A DNA stretch of 64,000 bases from Acutalibacteraceae bacterium (GTDB lineage Bacteria; Bacillota; Clostridia; Oscillospirales; Acutalibacteraceae): positions 3,190-67,189 of the forward strand of contig JAZQMA010000055.1 in the NCBI GenBank assembly GCA_045543035.1. The letters are read 5' to 3'. Under the pieces are notes generated by a model. That model did not search any database and had not been told where the DNA came from. It worked only from the letters and a program-made list of their open reading frames with translations. Made by a program: the position numbers and the translations under genes. This document shows, in pieces, positions 45,781 through 55,641 of the stretch. Position 1 is the stretch's first letter; each line of letters starts with the position of its first letter.

Positions 45781-48700
45781 GTGTTGATTAATATAAAACG
45801 AGTAATTTCAATAATACTTGCCATAATCACAGTTATAAGTGTACTACCCACATCGGCATTTGCTCTCTCATGGGATGGTAGTTCTGTCACGGGTAGTAGT
45901 GCTACAGGTAGTGCGAGTGACCCTGGTTATGCCATAAGAACAGATAGCGATAACTGTATTGGTTATCGTTTCAGTTGTGTTAAATCAGATGGCTCAATGA
46001 AAGTATCAAAGGTAATTGATGTTTACAGAGATACAGGATATGGCGATCTCGGTTATTCAGACGGATATAAATTTACTACCAAGTATAGTAAGAAACAGTT
46101 AATATCAAGAAAGAACAACAGTTTCTCAACATCAGATAATACAACTAACTGTTATAAAGAAGAGTATATCCCATTTACGACTGCTTTACCTGCTCCATCA
46201 GGAATGGGTACATGGCAGACCTATAACGGTAATATCAATCAGATACTTTCTCGTTTAGGCGTTGGTAGTGTAAGCAACTTGAACTATGGTGATAAGGTTA
46301 TCGTTGAACCTATATACGACCTTTGCTTAAGATCAACCTACCATTCAGTTACCGTAACAGAATATGCAATTTACGGTAGATATTTACTTGGTGGTACAAG
46401 TACGGGTGGTTCTTCTTCAACCTCAAATACATGGGGATATATTTCAAGATTTACCAACAAAGAATTTCCCAATGAATTGTATACACCAAACGGACAAGGT
46501 CTGTGGACTGCTGCATCAAAGCTTACATCAAAAGAAACATTTAACAACTTAATTGATAAGGGTTATGGTGCAGGTATTGCATATACCGAAACAACCAACA
46601 AAACTTACAAAATCAAGTTTAATGGTAATGGTTCGACAAGTGGTTCGATGAGCGACCTTTCAATGGTTTATGGTACTGCAAAAAAACTTACCGCAAATGC
46701 ATTTAAGAAAACAGGTCATGAATTTGTTAACTGGAACAGAAAGTCTGACGGTTCGGGAACATCATATTCCAACAGACAGTCAGTTAACAACTTGACTTCA
46801 ACTCATGGTGCAACAGTAAATCTCTATGCACAGTGGAATCCGTATGTTCTTAAAGTATATTACGATGCCAATGGTGGTAGAATTGCATCATCAGACACAT
46901 ACAAGCTGAATTCTGAAGGTCGTGTGTATAAGAAAGCTGATAATGAGCAGTATTATCAGACATGGACATATAACAGTAAAAAGACCGATGGATTGGTAAA
47001 TGTCGGTACATTCGGAATTGCAAGAACAGGATATATCTTTAATGGTTGGTGGTGTACAACTGCCGATGGTGTTGGTCAGATTATTAACCAAAACAATGGT
47101 GATATAAAACCGACAGATATCAATCCCGACATTGCAAACGGAGACTGTTCAAGAAGAATGTATGCTCAATGGAATCCTATAAGGTATACTATTGCATTTA
47201 ACGGTAACGGTCATACAGGTGGTTCTACTACTGCTATGATATGTACTTACGATGTTGCAAGTAATCTTACTGCAAATGGATTCACAAAAATGGGCTATCA
47301 CTTTTTAGGATGGAATACAAAAGCTGACGGATCAGGCACAACCTATACAAACAGACAGTCAGTATTGAATCTCTCATCTACTCACGGTTCGACTATTACT
47401 CTTTATGCACAGTGGGAAACCAATGCATATTCCATAGGCTTTGATGGTAACGGACATACAGGTGGTAGCACATCAGGTATGACAATGAAGTTCGATGAGA
47501 GCAAGGCTCTTACTGCAAACGGATATACAAGAACAGGTTACACATTTAAGAACTGGAATACAAAAGCAAACGGAACAGGTACATCATATTCAAACAGACA
47601 AACTGTAAGAAACCTCACATCTACCAATGGTGGAACAGTTACTCTTTATGCACAGTGGAATCCTATAACTTACAAAATTGTATTTAACGGAAACGGTCAC
47701 ACAGGTGGTTCAACTGCTGAAATGGCAATGACATATGATGTTGCAGCTAACCTAACAGAAAATGGCTTCAGAAAAACCGGTTATGTATTCACTGGTTGGA
47801 ACACAGAACCCGATGGTTCAGGAACAAGATATACCAATCGCCAGTCAGTTATTAATCTGTCTTCAACAGAAGGTGCTGTAATTAATCTCTATGCACAATG
47901 GCGTCCGATAACATATACAATCAGATTTAACGGTAACGGTGCTACAAGAGGTACAATGGCAGCTATGGAAATGTTATATAACCAGGCCAAGAATCTTACT
48001 CCAAATGGTTTCACTCGACCAAGTTACAACTTCCTCGGATGGAACACAAGAGCTGATGGCTCAGGTACATCATATACTGATAAGCAGTCAGTAAGAAACC
48101 TTACAACAGAAGACGGTGCAACAGTTTATCTCTATGCACAGTGGGAATATGACCCTGAGCTCAATGTAAGATTGGTTCGAGTGTATGAGGGCGATAAGAA
48201 CAATACAGATTTCTATTACGGTTATTCAGAGGGTGAAACCTTCAATGATTACACATATAGAAATGGTTATCCATCAATGAAGGATATTGTGTGGTTCAAT
48301 GTAAAGTTCCCTTATGAAGCAGAAGAAATACGGGTAAAACAGTATGTAAGAACAGGTAGTTCAGCTTGGCAGACACGAATAGTTACATTAAGCAAAAACG
48401 ATGAGGGTACTTGCCTTTTCCCTGTACAGTTTACAGGTGCATATAAAACAATTAATGCAAGTACAGATAGCTTTGTAATTGAAGCTAAAATGGACTGGGT
48501 AGATGCAAATGGTACAGTAAGAAAAGCAGGTGCAATCCGTAGATTCTATGTTCCTGTTGAACCTACTGTCCACAGACATCGTGTAACTGCTTATGGCTAT
48601 GATGGTTCTGTTGTGGCTACTGCAGGTGATACTACAAGTGGTAAAATCTATGCAGGTCAGCGTGTTAAATTCTCCTACCACTACAAAATGGATAACACAT

Positions 48701-50238
48701 GGACTGCTCTTGAAAACTTGAAAGGTATAATGAAATATTGGAATGGCTCTTCTTGGTTGAAAGCCTCTTCAAGTGGTTATGATTTATCACAGCGTGTTCA
48801 TATGAACAAGAATAATCCTGTAACTGCAAATAGTACTCTTGATAAATACACTATCCCTCTTACTACAAAATTACGGGCGCAGTTAGAATCTGCATGGGCA
48901 AAGGATACAGAGCATACAACAGAAACAACTAACATTGATATTCCTGTTATAAAAGCTGACGTTGCATTGGCAGAAATCATCCTTATAGATGCAGATACAA
49001 ATGCAGTCCTCGATCCAAACAACCTTGAAGTATCACAGAAAGTTACAGTACAGTATGTGTACAAAAACAACACGGATACCAAGATTTTTGTTGAAGGCTT
49101 TAAGGATGACAAGTCACAAATCCCCGGTGTATTCGCTATACCTGCTAAATCACAGGCAAGAGTAAATGCATATACTTTCAAAGTTGCAAATACCCGTAGT
49201 TTTAATATTTGGGGTGGCGTATATCTCGAAGGTATGGGCATAGGAAACACAAAATATGAATCTAGCGGTAATAACAATGAAAAAACTTTAGTATGTAAGG
49301 TTAATCATCCGTTATCATTAATTCCTATTGCTCCCAATGCACCATACAGGGAAGGTACAGATATAATCACAAGTTATTGGCTCAACAACAGATGTGATAT
49401 CAACTATACACCCAATAGCAATATCACTCTTGAATTTAATATATATAATGGTCAGACTCTTGTTGATTCTATCAGTATATATGAGGCAATAGTACCTGCT
49501 GAAAACAAAAACTTAATATACTTCAAGTGGACAGTTCCCGAAGGTCTTAATGGTGCGAATATCTCAATTCATGCCGAAGTGGTTGAAGATGGTTTGTCAT
49601 ATAACAAGAAGATAACATCATACGAAACCACACCTTACAACATATCTGCTACACCCGATACTGACTTTGAAAAGAAAGCTCCTCGTGGTTTTTCTATCCC
49701 TTCTAAGTTAGAAACAAAGACAGGTGCGGCATCATGGTGGGAATGGAAATATGAGAACGGCACATATACAAAAGTTGACTATGCTATCGGTATTTCAAAT
49801 AACAGAGCTAACTTGACTCCTACTGCTGATTCAACAGCAGAGAAAAACGGTAGTATATGGACAATGAAATCAGGTTATGGTCTTACAATGGCTCTCAACA
49901 ATAATATGAGTGCTGTTACAGGCTACACTAAACCCGATGATACTGCATATACAACTGCACAGTATTGCAAGGCTCTCTTACCCGAATACAAGTATTCAAC
50001 AACTGAAAATGAATATAGAACACTCGGTAAAGATGGCTTGAAATGGGTATTCAGAACCAATGGCTCATATGGTAATGTTCACTTTACACCTATATGGTAT
50101 CCCGATGGCAAATACACTATCGGTATAGTTCAGAGTGATTGCTGGACACCTGCAGGTATGATTACAAGAAATGCAAACACCAACTCAATTGAGATATCTG
50201 AATCTGCATATGATGATTGGTATGTAGGTCGCAGATAA
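45781..50238 (+). CDS. Large secreted repeat adhesin (Listeria-Bacteroides/InlB B-repeat type)
   Basis: Signal peptide, then about 7 repeats of Y.I.FNGNG.TGGS...Y......L..NGF...GY.F.GWNT..DGSGT.Y.NRQSV.NL....G..V.LYAQW, then a ~700-aa C-terminal region. No LPXTG seen. Confidence 0.8.
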   Translation: MLINIKRVISIILAIITVISVLPTSAFALSWDGSSVTGSSATGSASDPGYAIRTDSDNCIGYRFSCVKSDGSMKVSKVIDVYRDTGYGDLGYSDGYKFTTKYSKKQLISRKNNSFSTSDNTTNCYKEEYIPFTTALPAPSGMGTWQTYNGNINQILSRLGVGSVSNLNYGDKVIVEPIYDLCLRSTYHSVTVTEYAIYGRYLLGGTSTGGSSSTSNTWGYISRFTNKEFPNELYTPNGQGLWTAASKLTSKETFNNLIDKGYGAGIAYTETTNKTYKIKFNGNGSTSGSMSDLSMVYGTAKKLTANAFKKTGHEFVNWNRKSDGSGTSYSNRQSVNNLTSTHGATVNLYAQWNPYVLKVYYDANGGRIASSDTYKLNSEGRVYKKADNEQYYQTWTYNSKKTDGLVNVGTFGIARTGYIFNGWWCTTADGVGQIINQNNGDIKPTDINPDIANGDCSRRMYAQWNPIRYTIAFNGNGHTGGSTTAMICTYDVASNLTANGFTKMGYHFLGWNTKADGSGTTYTNRQSVLNLSSTHGSTITLYAQWETNAYSIGFDGNGHTGGSTSGMTMKFDESKALTANGYTRTGYTFKNWNTKANGTGTSYSNRQTVRNLTSTNGGTVTLYAQWNPITYKIVFNGNGHTGGSTAEMAMTYDVAANLTENGFRKTGYVFTGWNTEPDGSGTRYTNRQSVINLSSTEGAVINLYAQWRPITYTIRFNGNGATRGTMAAMEMLYNQAKNLTPNGFTRPSYNFLGWNTRADGSGTSYTDKQSVRNLTTEDGATVYLYAQWEYDPELNVRLVRVYEGDKNNTDFYYGYSEGETFNDYTYRNGYPSMKDIVWFNVKFPYEAEEIRVKQYVRTGSSAWQTRIVTLSKNDEGTCLFPVQFTGAYKTINASTDSFVIEAKMDWVDANGTVRKAGAIRRFYVPVEPTVHRHRVTAYGYDGSVVATAGDTTSGKIYAGQRVKFSYHYKMDNTWTALENLKGIMKYWNGSSWLKASSSGYDLSQRVHMNKNNPVTANSTLDKYTIPLTTKLRAQLESAWAKDTEHTTETTNIDIPVIKADVALAEIILIDADTNAVLDPNNLEVSQKVTVQYVYKNNTDTKIFVEGFKDDKSQIPGVFAIPAKSQARVNAYTFKVANTRSFNIWGGVYLEGMGIGNTKYESSGNNNEKTLVCKVNHPLSLIPIAPNAPYREGTDIITSYWLNNRCDINYTPNSNITLEFNIYNGQTLVDSISIYEAIVPAENKNLIYFKWTVPEGLNGANISIHAEVVEDGLSYNKKITSYETTPYNISATPDTDFEKKAPRGFSIPSKLETKTGAASWWEWKYENGTYTKVDYAIGISNNRANLTPTADSTAEKNGSIWTMKSGYGLTMALNNNMSAVTGYTKPDDTAYTTAQYCKALLPEYKYSTTENEYRTLGKDGLKWVFRTNGSYGNVHFTPIWYPDGKYTIGIVQSDCWTPAGMITRNANTNSIEISESAYDDWYVGRR

Positions 50239-50249
50239 GAGGTGGAACA

Positions 50250-50597
50250 ATGCTTAAAAAGGTTTATATCTGTTCTCCTCTTGGTGGTAACATTGCTGTA
50301 AACCTTGAAAAAGCAAAACTGTACGCTAAATATGCACTTAAGTGTGGTACTGCTCCGGTAGTGCCACACTTTTATGCACTCTGTCTTAATGATGACGATC
50401 CAAGAGAACGAGAACTTGGTGTTACGGCAGGGTTAAGCCTTTTATGGTTTTGCGATGAATTATGGGTTTTCGGTGATGAAATCACAAGAGGTATGCAATC
50501 AGAAATTCGCTTCTGCGAAAATCTGAAAATACCCATAAAGTATATCAAAGAAAACAAAATATTTAATAAGTTAGGAGATGTTAATGATGAAAAATAA
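50250..50597 (+). CDS. DUF4406 / nucleoside 2-deoxyribosyltransferase-like small protein
   Basis: VYICSPLGG ... CDELWVFGDEITRGMQSEIRFCENLKIPI follows the pattern of NDT-like Rossmannoid proteins. AGAGGTGG Shine-Dalgarno. Confidence 0.5.
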   Translation: MLKKVYICSPLGGNIAVNLEKAKLYAKYALKCGTAPVVPHFYALCLNDDDPRERELGVTAGLSLLWFCDELWVFGDEITRGMQSEIRFCENLKIPIKYIKENKIFNKLGDVNDEK

Positions 50598-50922
50598 CAT
50601 TAAAAAAATTCTTCTTTGCATTGCAGTAGTAACTGTCATTCTCTCTGTTTTTTCAGTCACAGCCTTTGCGGCTGGTGATGTTGCAGGTGCAATTGAAGGA
50701 ACATGGGATGCAGCTCAGGGTCAGATTAAAGATGTTGTAAACAATGTTGTGTTTCCCGCTGTCGATTTAATCCTTGCTGTCCTTTTCTTTGTTAAGCTTG
50801 GTACAGCTTACTTCGATTACAGAAAACACGGTCAGTTTGAGTTTACTGCTCCAGCAATTCTTTTCGCATGTTTGCTCTTTACACTTACAGCTCCTCTTTA
50901 CATCTGGACAATTCTTTCATAA
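50584..50922 (+). CDS. TrbC/VirB2-like membrane protein (T4SS pilin-like)
   Basis: Signal peptide ending TAFAAG, then two hydrophobic helices, about 110 aa, sitting before the other T4SS genes. Confidence 0.55.
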   Translation: MMKNNIKKILLCIAVVTVILSVFSVTAFAAGDVAGAIEGTWDAAQGQIKDVVNNVVFPAVDLILAVLFFVKLGTAYFDYRKHGQFEFTAPAILFACLLFTLTAPLYIWTILS

Positions 50923-50932
50923 GGAGTAAACT

Positions 50933-51340
50933 ATGGATTTTTTTGAAAAAGAAATGCGAACCTTATTTGGCGATAACACAGTTATGTCAGACCTCAAGTT
51001 TACAGGCAAAACTATGCTCGGAAGACTTGACGAAAACAAGCTGTGTAAACTCCAGTTTGCAACAACAGGAACAGCAGGCAAATATACTGCAATTCAGTCA
51101 ACCATAATCAATTCTGATGATGGTGTAATTGATAAACAGCTTTTCAAATTTTCTGATATAATCGGTTATTTCTGTAGTTCACTTTCAGATAAAATTGAAC
51201 CCTATATGTGGGATTATAATAAACCGGAGTGGTACACAAAAGTATCTCAGTCAGATAAAGCTAAAATTGCAGATACTGTCCTTGAATATGTTGAGATGTT
51301 TCAGGACCAAAGCTATGCAATGGGCATGCAATTTAAATAA
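50933..51340 (+). CDS. Hypothetical protein
   Basis: 135-aa ORF co-oriented in the transfer operon. Confidence 0.5.
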   Translation: MDFFEKEMRTLFGDNTVMSDLKFTGKTMLGRLDENKLCKLQFATTGTAGKYTAIQSTIINSDDGVIDKQLFKFSDIIGYFCSSLSDKIEPYMWDYNKPEWYTKVSQSDKAKIADTVLEYVEMFQDQSYAMGMQFK

Positions 51341-51427
51341 GACTACAAGTTTTGAATTTCCATTTTATTGTACTGACTGTGGTTTTTTAGTACTATTTTT
51401 CCATAACTAAAATTTGTGGAGTTTGTT

Positions 51428-51931
51428 ATGGGAAATACATGTTGTTTTACAGGTCACAGACCACAGAATTTACCATTTGGTTTTAATGAGGAAGAAGATG
51501 CATGCAAAAAATTAAAAGCATTACTGCTTAATTCAATTGTTTTGCTTATCACTAAATACAATGTTGACAATTTTATTTCAGGAATGGCATTAGGTGTAGA
51601 CATGTATGCTGCTGAAATTGTATTGGAATTGAAGAAAACTTATCCACACATTAAATTAGAAGCAGCTATTCCTTTTGAAGAACAATCCGTAAAGTGGTCA
51701 GAACCTTTTAGAGATAGATATTATGATATTTTAGCAAAATGTGATAAAGAATCTATGTTACAGTACCACTACACTTCAGATTGTATGCAAAAAAGGAATA
51801 AATATATGGTTGACAATTCCGATTATATAATTGCAGTTTGGGATGGAAAACCAAGTGGAACAGGAAACACAGTAAAATATGCAAAACAGAAAAACAAAAA
51901 AATCTTAATAATAAATCCATCGGATTTATGA
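51428..51931 (+). CDS. SLOG-family DUF1273 (YpsA-like) protein
   Basis: CCFTGHRP start, ISGMALGVDMYAAE, and NKYMVDNSDYIIAVWDGKPSGTGNTV. Confidence 0.7.
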   Translation: MGNTCCFTGHRPQNLPFGFNEEEDACKKLKALLLNSIVLLITKYNVDNFISGMALGVDMYAAEIVLELKKTYPHIKLEAAIPFEEQSVKWSEPFRDRYYDILAKCDKESMLQYHYTSDCMQKRNKYMVDNSDYIIAVWDGKPSGTGNTVKYAKQKNKKILIINPSDL

Positions 51932-51968
51932 GAGCAAGACGAGGTTTTCTCGTCTTGCTCTTTTTTTG
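51931..51968 (+). terminator. Rho-independent terminator
   Basis: AGAGCAAGACGAG-GTTTT-CTCGTCTTGCTCT followed by TTTTTT. Confidence 0.85.
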
Positions 51969-51975
51969 ACAGGAG

Positions 51976-52920
51976 GTGCAGCCTTTGTTTGATTGGGTGA
52001 CGGACATAGTCGAAGCTATAGGTGGTACTGTTTCCGAAACAGTTGCATCAATGGGTGAAGCTATTGCAGAATCAATATTCGGAGCATTTCTCCAATGGAT
52101 ATATGAAATAGTATTCGGTGCAATAGCAGACTTTTTCACATACATCACTTCAATGGGTGCTGAATTATTTGATTTGGATTGGGTGAAAGCCGTAATCCTT
52201 CTTTTTACAACCTTCGGATGGGCATTGTTTGTTGCCGGAGTTGTAGTAGCCGTGTTCGATACGGCAATTGAATATCAAAATGGTAGGGCCAACATCAAAA
52301 GCACAGCAATAAACATCTTAAAGGGTTTCTTTGCTTGTTCTTTAATTGGTGTTGTCCCAGTTGAGTTATATAAATTATGTATCACTTTACAAAACACTTT
52401 TGCACACGATTTAGCTTCGCTCGCAGGTGCAAATGCGGCTCGTGATATTGGGCAGTTATGTTCAGATGTAATGAAAATATACTTTGATATGAAGACAGGT
52501 TCATTACATGTAAGTTTGTTTAGCTTACTTGCTCTTATTGCCTTTGCATACTGCGTTGTTAAAGTGTTCTTCCAAAACATTAAACGAGGTGGAATATTGC
52601 TCATTCAGATGACTGTCGGTGCTTTATATATGTTCTCTGTGCCAAGAGGATATACCGATGGCTTTAATCAATGGATGAAACAGATTGCTGCATTATGTTT
52701 AACTGCATTTATGCAGACAACTTTGCTGTATCTTGGTTTAATGACATTCAAAACAAGTATGTTATTAGGTCTCGGTATTATGTTAGCAGCTAATGAAGTT
52801 CCACGAATTGCACAACAGTTCGGTCTCGATAGTTCAGTAAGAGTTAATATGATGAGTGTGTTCCATGCATCAACTACTGCTGTAAATTTGGGTCGAACAA
52901 TTGTAAAAGCGTTTAAATAA
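51976..52920 (+). CDS. VirB6/TrbL-like polytopic conjugal transfer protein
   Basis: 314 aa with 6 or more TM helices, positioned before PrgI and VirB4. The start is GTG 51976 or TTG 51985. Confidence 0.65.
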   Translation: MQPLFDWVTDIVEAIGGTVSETVASMGEAIAESIFGAFLQWIYEIVFGAIADFFTYITSMGAELFDLDWVKAVILLFTTFGWALFVAGVVVAVFDTAIEYQNGRANIKSTAINILKGFFACSLIGVVPVELYKLCITLQNTFAHDLASLAGANAARDIGQLCSDVMKIYFDMKTGSLHVSLFSLLALIAFAYCVVKVFFQNIKRGGILLIQMTVGALYMFSVPRGYTDGFNQWMKQIAALCLTAFMQTTLLYLGLMTFKTSMLLGLGIMLAANEVPRIAQQFGLDSSVRVNMMSVFHASTTAVNLGRTIVKAFK

Positions 52921-52934
52921 TTTGGAGGTGTAAA

Positions 52935-53195
52935 ATGAAAACATATATTTATCCACAGAACTTGAAAGCTACGGCGAATATATGGCTTTGGGGATTGAAA
53001 GAATTCTGCATTTTAGGAATTGCTGGTCTCATATCTATAGTTTTCTTGGTACGATTTACATTCGTAATTCCATTTGCCTTAACATTATGCTATGGCTTTC
53101 TTACAATAAGAATTGACGATATAACAATTCTTGATTTTATAAAATACGCAGGTAGATACCTTTTATCTACCCAGCAATACTTTGAATGGAGGTAA
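52935..53195 (+). CDS. PrgI-family (VirB3-like) protein
   Basis: 86 aa, NIWLWGLKEFCILGIAGLISIVFLV, with two TM helices, immediately before VirB4. Confidence 0.65.
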   Translation: MKTYIYPQNLKATANIWLWGLKEFCILGIAGLISIVFLVRFTFVIPFALTLCYGFLTIRIDDITILDFIKYAGRYLLSTQQYFEWR

Positions 53196-53201
53196 CAGCC
53201 G

Positions 53202-53819
53202 ATGAAATTAAAAAGAAAAGATGTATCGGTTCAGGAACTTTTGGGAATAAAGAGTTTTACAAAGTATGGGCTTTCCACTAAAAATGGAGAGCTTTTATTT
53301 TTTAACATTACTCCCACAAATATATCAGTTCTTTCAAAAGCAAGTATTGAAACAAAGATATATCACTTAATGATGGTTTTATCGTCAGTTCCCGATATTG
53401 AAATTGTGTGTGCCGATGCAAGTGAATGCTTTGATGAGAACAAAAGATATCTGCAAGAAAGAAAACTTGCAGAGGAATCAAACAAGGTCAGAAGAATTAT
53501 TGAAAAGGACATCGTGTTCCTTGATAAAATCCAAACTGAAATGGCAACTGCCCGTCAGTTCATGTTAATCGGCAGATGTAAAAGTGCAAAACCCGAACAG
53601 GTGTTTACTGTGCTTAATAATATAGAAAAAGTAATTTCTGAACAGGGATTCGAGGTTCAGAGAATGGGCAAGGATGATATAAAAAGATTTATTGCCCTTT
53701 ACTTTGATTCATCATTTAACGGTGAAAGACTTCCCGATGTTGATGGTCAGCAACATTTCGATTTAAGTGATGGTTTTTCAGGTTTTGACAGAGAGGAGTT
53801 TTTTAATGAAAAGAAATAA
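53202..53819 (+). CDS. VirB4 N-terminal domain encoded as a separate ORF
   Basis: ELLGIKSFTKYGLSTKNGELLFFNITPTNISVLS resembles the N-terminal region of Firmicutes VirB4 ATPases. It ends 14 nt inside the next ORF. Confidence 0.6.
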   Translation: MKLKRKDVSVQELLGIKSFTKYGLSTKNGELLFFNITPTNISVLSKASIETKIYHLMMVLSSVPDIEIVCADASECFDENKRYLQERKLAEESNKVRRIIEKDIVFLDKIQTEMATARQFMLIGRCKSAKPEQVFTVLNNIEKVISEQGFEVQRMGKDDIKRFIALYFDSSFNGERLPDVDGQQHFDLSDGFSGFDREEFFNEKK

Positions 53820-55641
53820 GAAAGAAGAAATATTAACAGAGGAACAGAAAGAAGAAATTCGCACCAAGGATTTCTTTGACTGTGTCTGCCCAAGTACAAT
53901 AAAGTTTCTTTCCGACCACTATATTGTTGGTGACAGTTTCCGTTGTGTATGGGCGATAAGAGAATATCCTCCAACAACAGAAGAACAGGCTATTCTCGCT
54001 CAGCTTGCAGACAGAAATGGTGTAACCCTTCGCATATATCATCGTTTGGTTGATCATACAGAACAGCGTAAAATCATTCAGAATGCAACAAGAAGAAACA
54101 CTCTCAAAAGCACAGGTAATGATGTTAATGATACTGTTGAAGCTGAAGGTAACTTACAGGATGTGGTTGACCTTCTCGCAAATATGAGAAAAAACAAGGA
54201 AGTCCTCCTTCATTGTGCCGTGTATATTGAACTTAAAGCAAAAAGCTATGAAGCACTCAAAGAACTTCAGAGTGACATATCAATGGAACTTACCCGTTCA
54301 AAAATTATCGTTGACCGTCTTACATTAAGGCAGAAAGAAGGTTTCTTGTCGGTAATGCCTATGGGTTCAAATATATTCGGTACACAGTTTGAAAGAGTAT
54401 TACCGGTATCAAGTGTAGCCAATCTCTATCCTTTCAACTTCTCAGGTAAAACCGATCCTCACGGAATATATATCGGACGAGATAAATATGGTACAAATAT
54501 CCTTGTTGATTTCGACCACAGAGCGGAAGACAAAACCAATGCCAATTCTCTTATTCTCGGTAACTCAGGTCAGGGTAAAAGTTTCCTTATGAAACTTATG
54601 CTTACCAATATTCGTGAATCAGGAAAAAGAATTGTATGTCTTGACCCCGAATCTGAATATGAGGAATTGACCGAAAAACTTGGTGGTTGCTATATTGACC
54701 TTATGTCCGGTGAATACATCATAAACATACTTGAACCGAAGGAATGGTCTGATAACGAAAACGATTATAGCAAGGAAGATCCCGAAGCGTTCAGACGAGT
54801 AACCAGACTCAGTCAACACATTGCTTTCTTGAAAGACTTTTTCAGAAGCTATAAGGATTTCACAGATGCACAGATTGATACTCTTGAAATTCTCCTCGGA
54901 AAACTTTACGGTAACTTTGGCATTACCGATACAACTGATTTCTCAAGACTCAAGGCAACCGACTACCCCATTATGACTGACTTGTATAATCTCTGTGATG
55001 CTGAATTCAAGGCATATAACAAAGGAGAAAAAAATCTTTATACAGAAGAAATACTTCAGGAAATCTGTCTTGGTATCAACTCAATGTGCGTAGGCGCAGA
55101 ATCAAAATATTTTAACGGTTACACCAACATTACTGATGATGCTTTCCTGTGCTTCGGTGTTAAAGGGTTGCTTGATACCAATAAGCGATTGAAGGATGCT
55201 ATGTTGTTTAACATCCTCTCATACATGAGCAATCAGCTTTTAGGTGTAGGTAATACAGTTGCATCAATTGATGAGCTTTACCTTTTCTTGACCAATATGA
55301 CTGCTATTGAATATATCCGAAATGCAATGAAACGAGTTCGTAAAAAGGACTCTGCAATTATCATTGCGAGTCAGAATATTGAGGATTTCTTAATTCCTAC
55401 AATCCGTGAATTCACAAAACCGATGTTCAGTATTCCTACACATCAGTTCTTATTTAATCCCGGTAGTATCAATCCCAAAGAATATATGGAAGCTCTACAG
55501 ATAGAGCCAAGCGAATTTGAATTAATTAAGTATCCTGAACGTGGTACTTGCTTGTACAGATGCGGCAACGAGAGATATCTTCTCCAAGTTATCGCCCCCG
55601 AATACAAGACAAAACTATTTGGTAAATCAGGTGGTAGATAA
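53806..55641 (+). CDS. virB4: VirB4-type conjugal transfer ATPase (C-terminal 611 aa)
   Basis: Walker A LGNSGQGKSFLMK, Walker B VCLDPESEY region, and a DELYLF-type motif. Confidence 0.85.
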   Translation: MKRNKKEEILTEEQKEEIRTKDFFDCVCPSTIKFLSDHYIVGDSFRCVWAIREYPPTTEEQAILAQLADRNGVTLRIYHRLVDHTEQRKIIQNATRRNTLKSTGNDVNDTVEAEGNLQDVVDLLANMRKNKEVLLHCAVYIELKAKSYEALKELQSDISMELTRSKIIVDRLTLRQKEGFLSVMPMGSNIFGTQFERVLPVSSVANLYPFNFSGKTDPHGIYIGRDKYGTNILVDFDHRAEDKTNANSLILGNSGQGKSFLMKLMLTNIRESGKRIVCLDPESEYEELTEKLGGCYIDLMSGEYIINILEPKEWSDNENDYSKEDPEAFRRVTRLSQHIAFLKDFFRSYKDFTDAQIDTLEILLGKLYGNFGITDTTDFSRLKATDYPIMTDLYNLCDAEFKAYNKGEKNLYTEEILQEICLGINSMCVGAESKYFNGYTNITDDAFLCFGVKGLLDTNKRLKDAMLFNILSYMSNQLLGVGNTVASIDELYLFLTNMTAIEYIRNAMKRVRKKDSAIIIASQNIEDFLIPTIREFTKPMFSIPTHQFLFNPGSINPKEYMEALQIEPSEFELIKYPERGTCLYRCGNERYLLQVIAPEYKTKLFGKSGGR

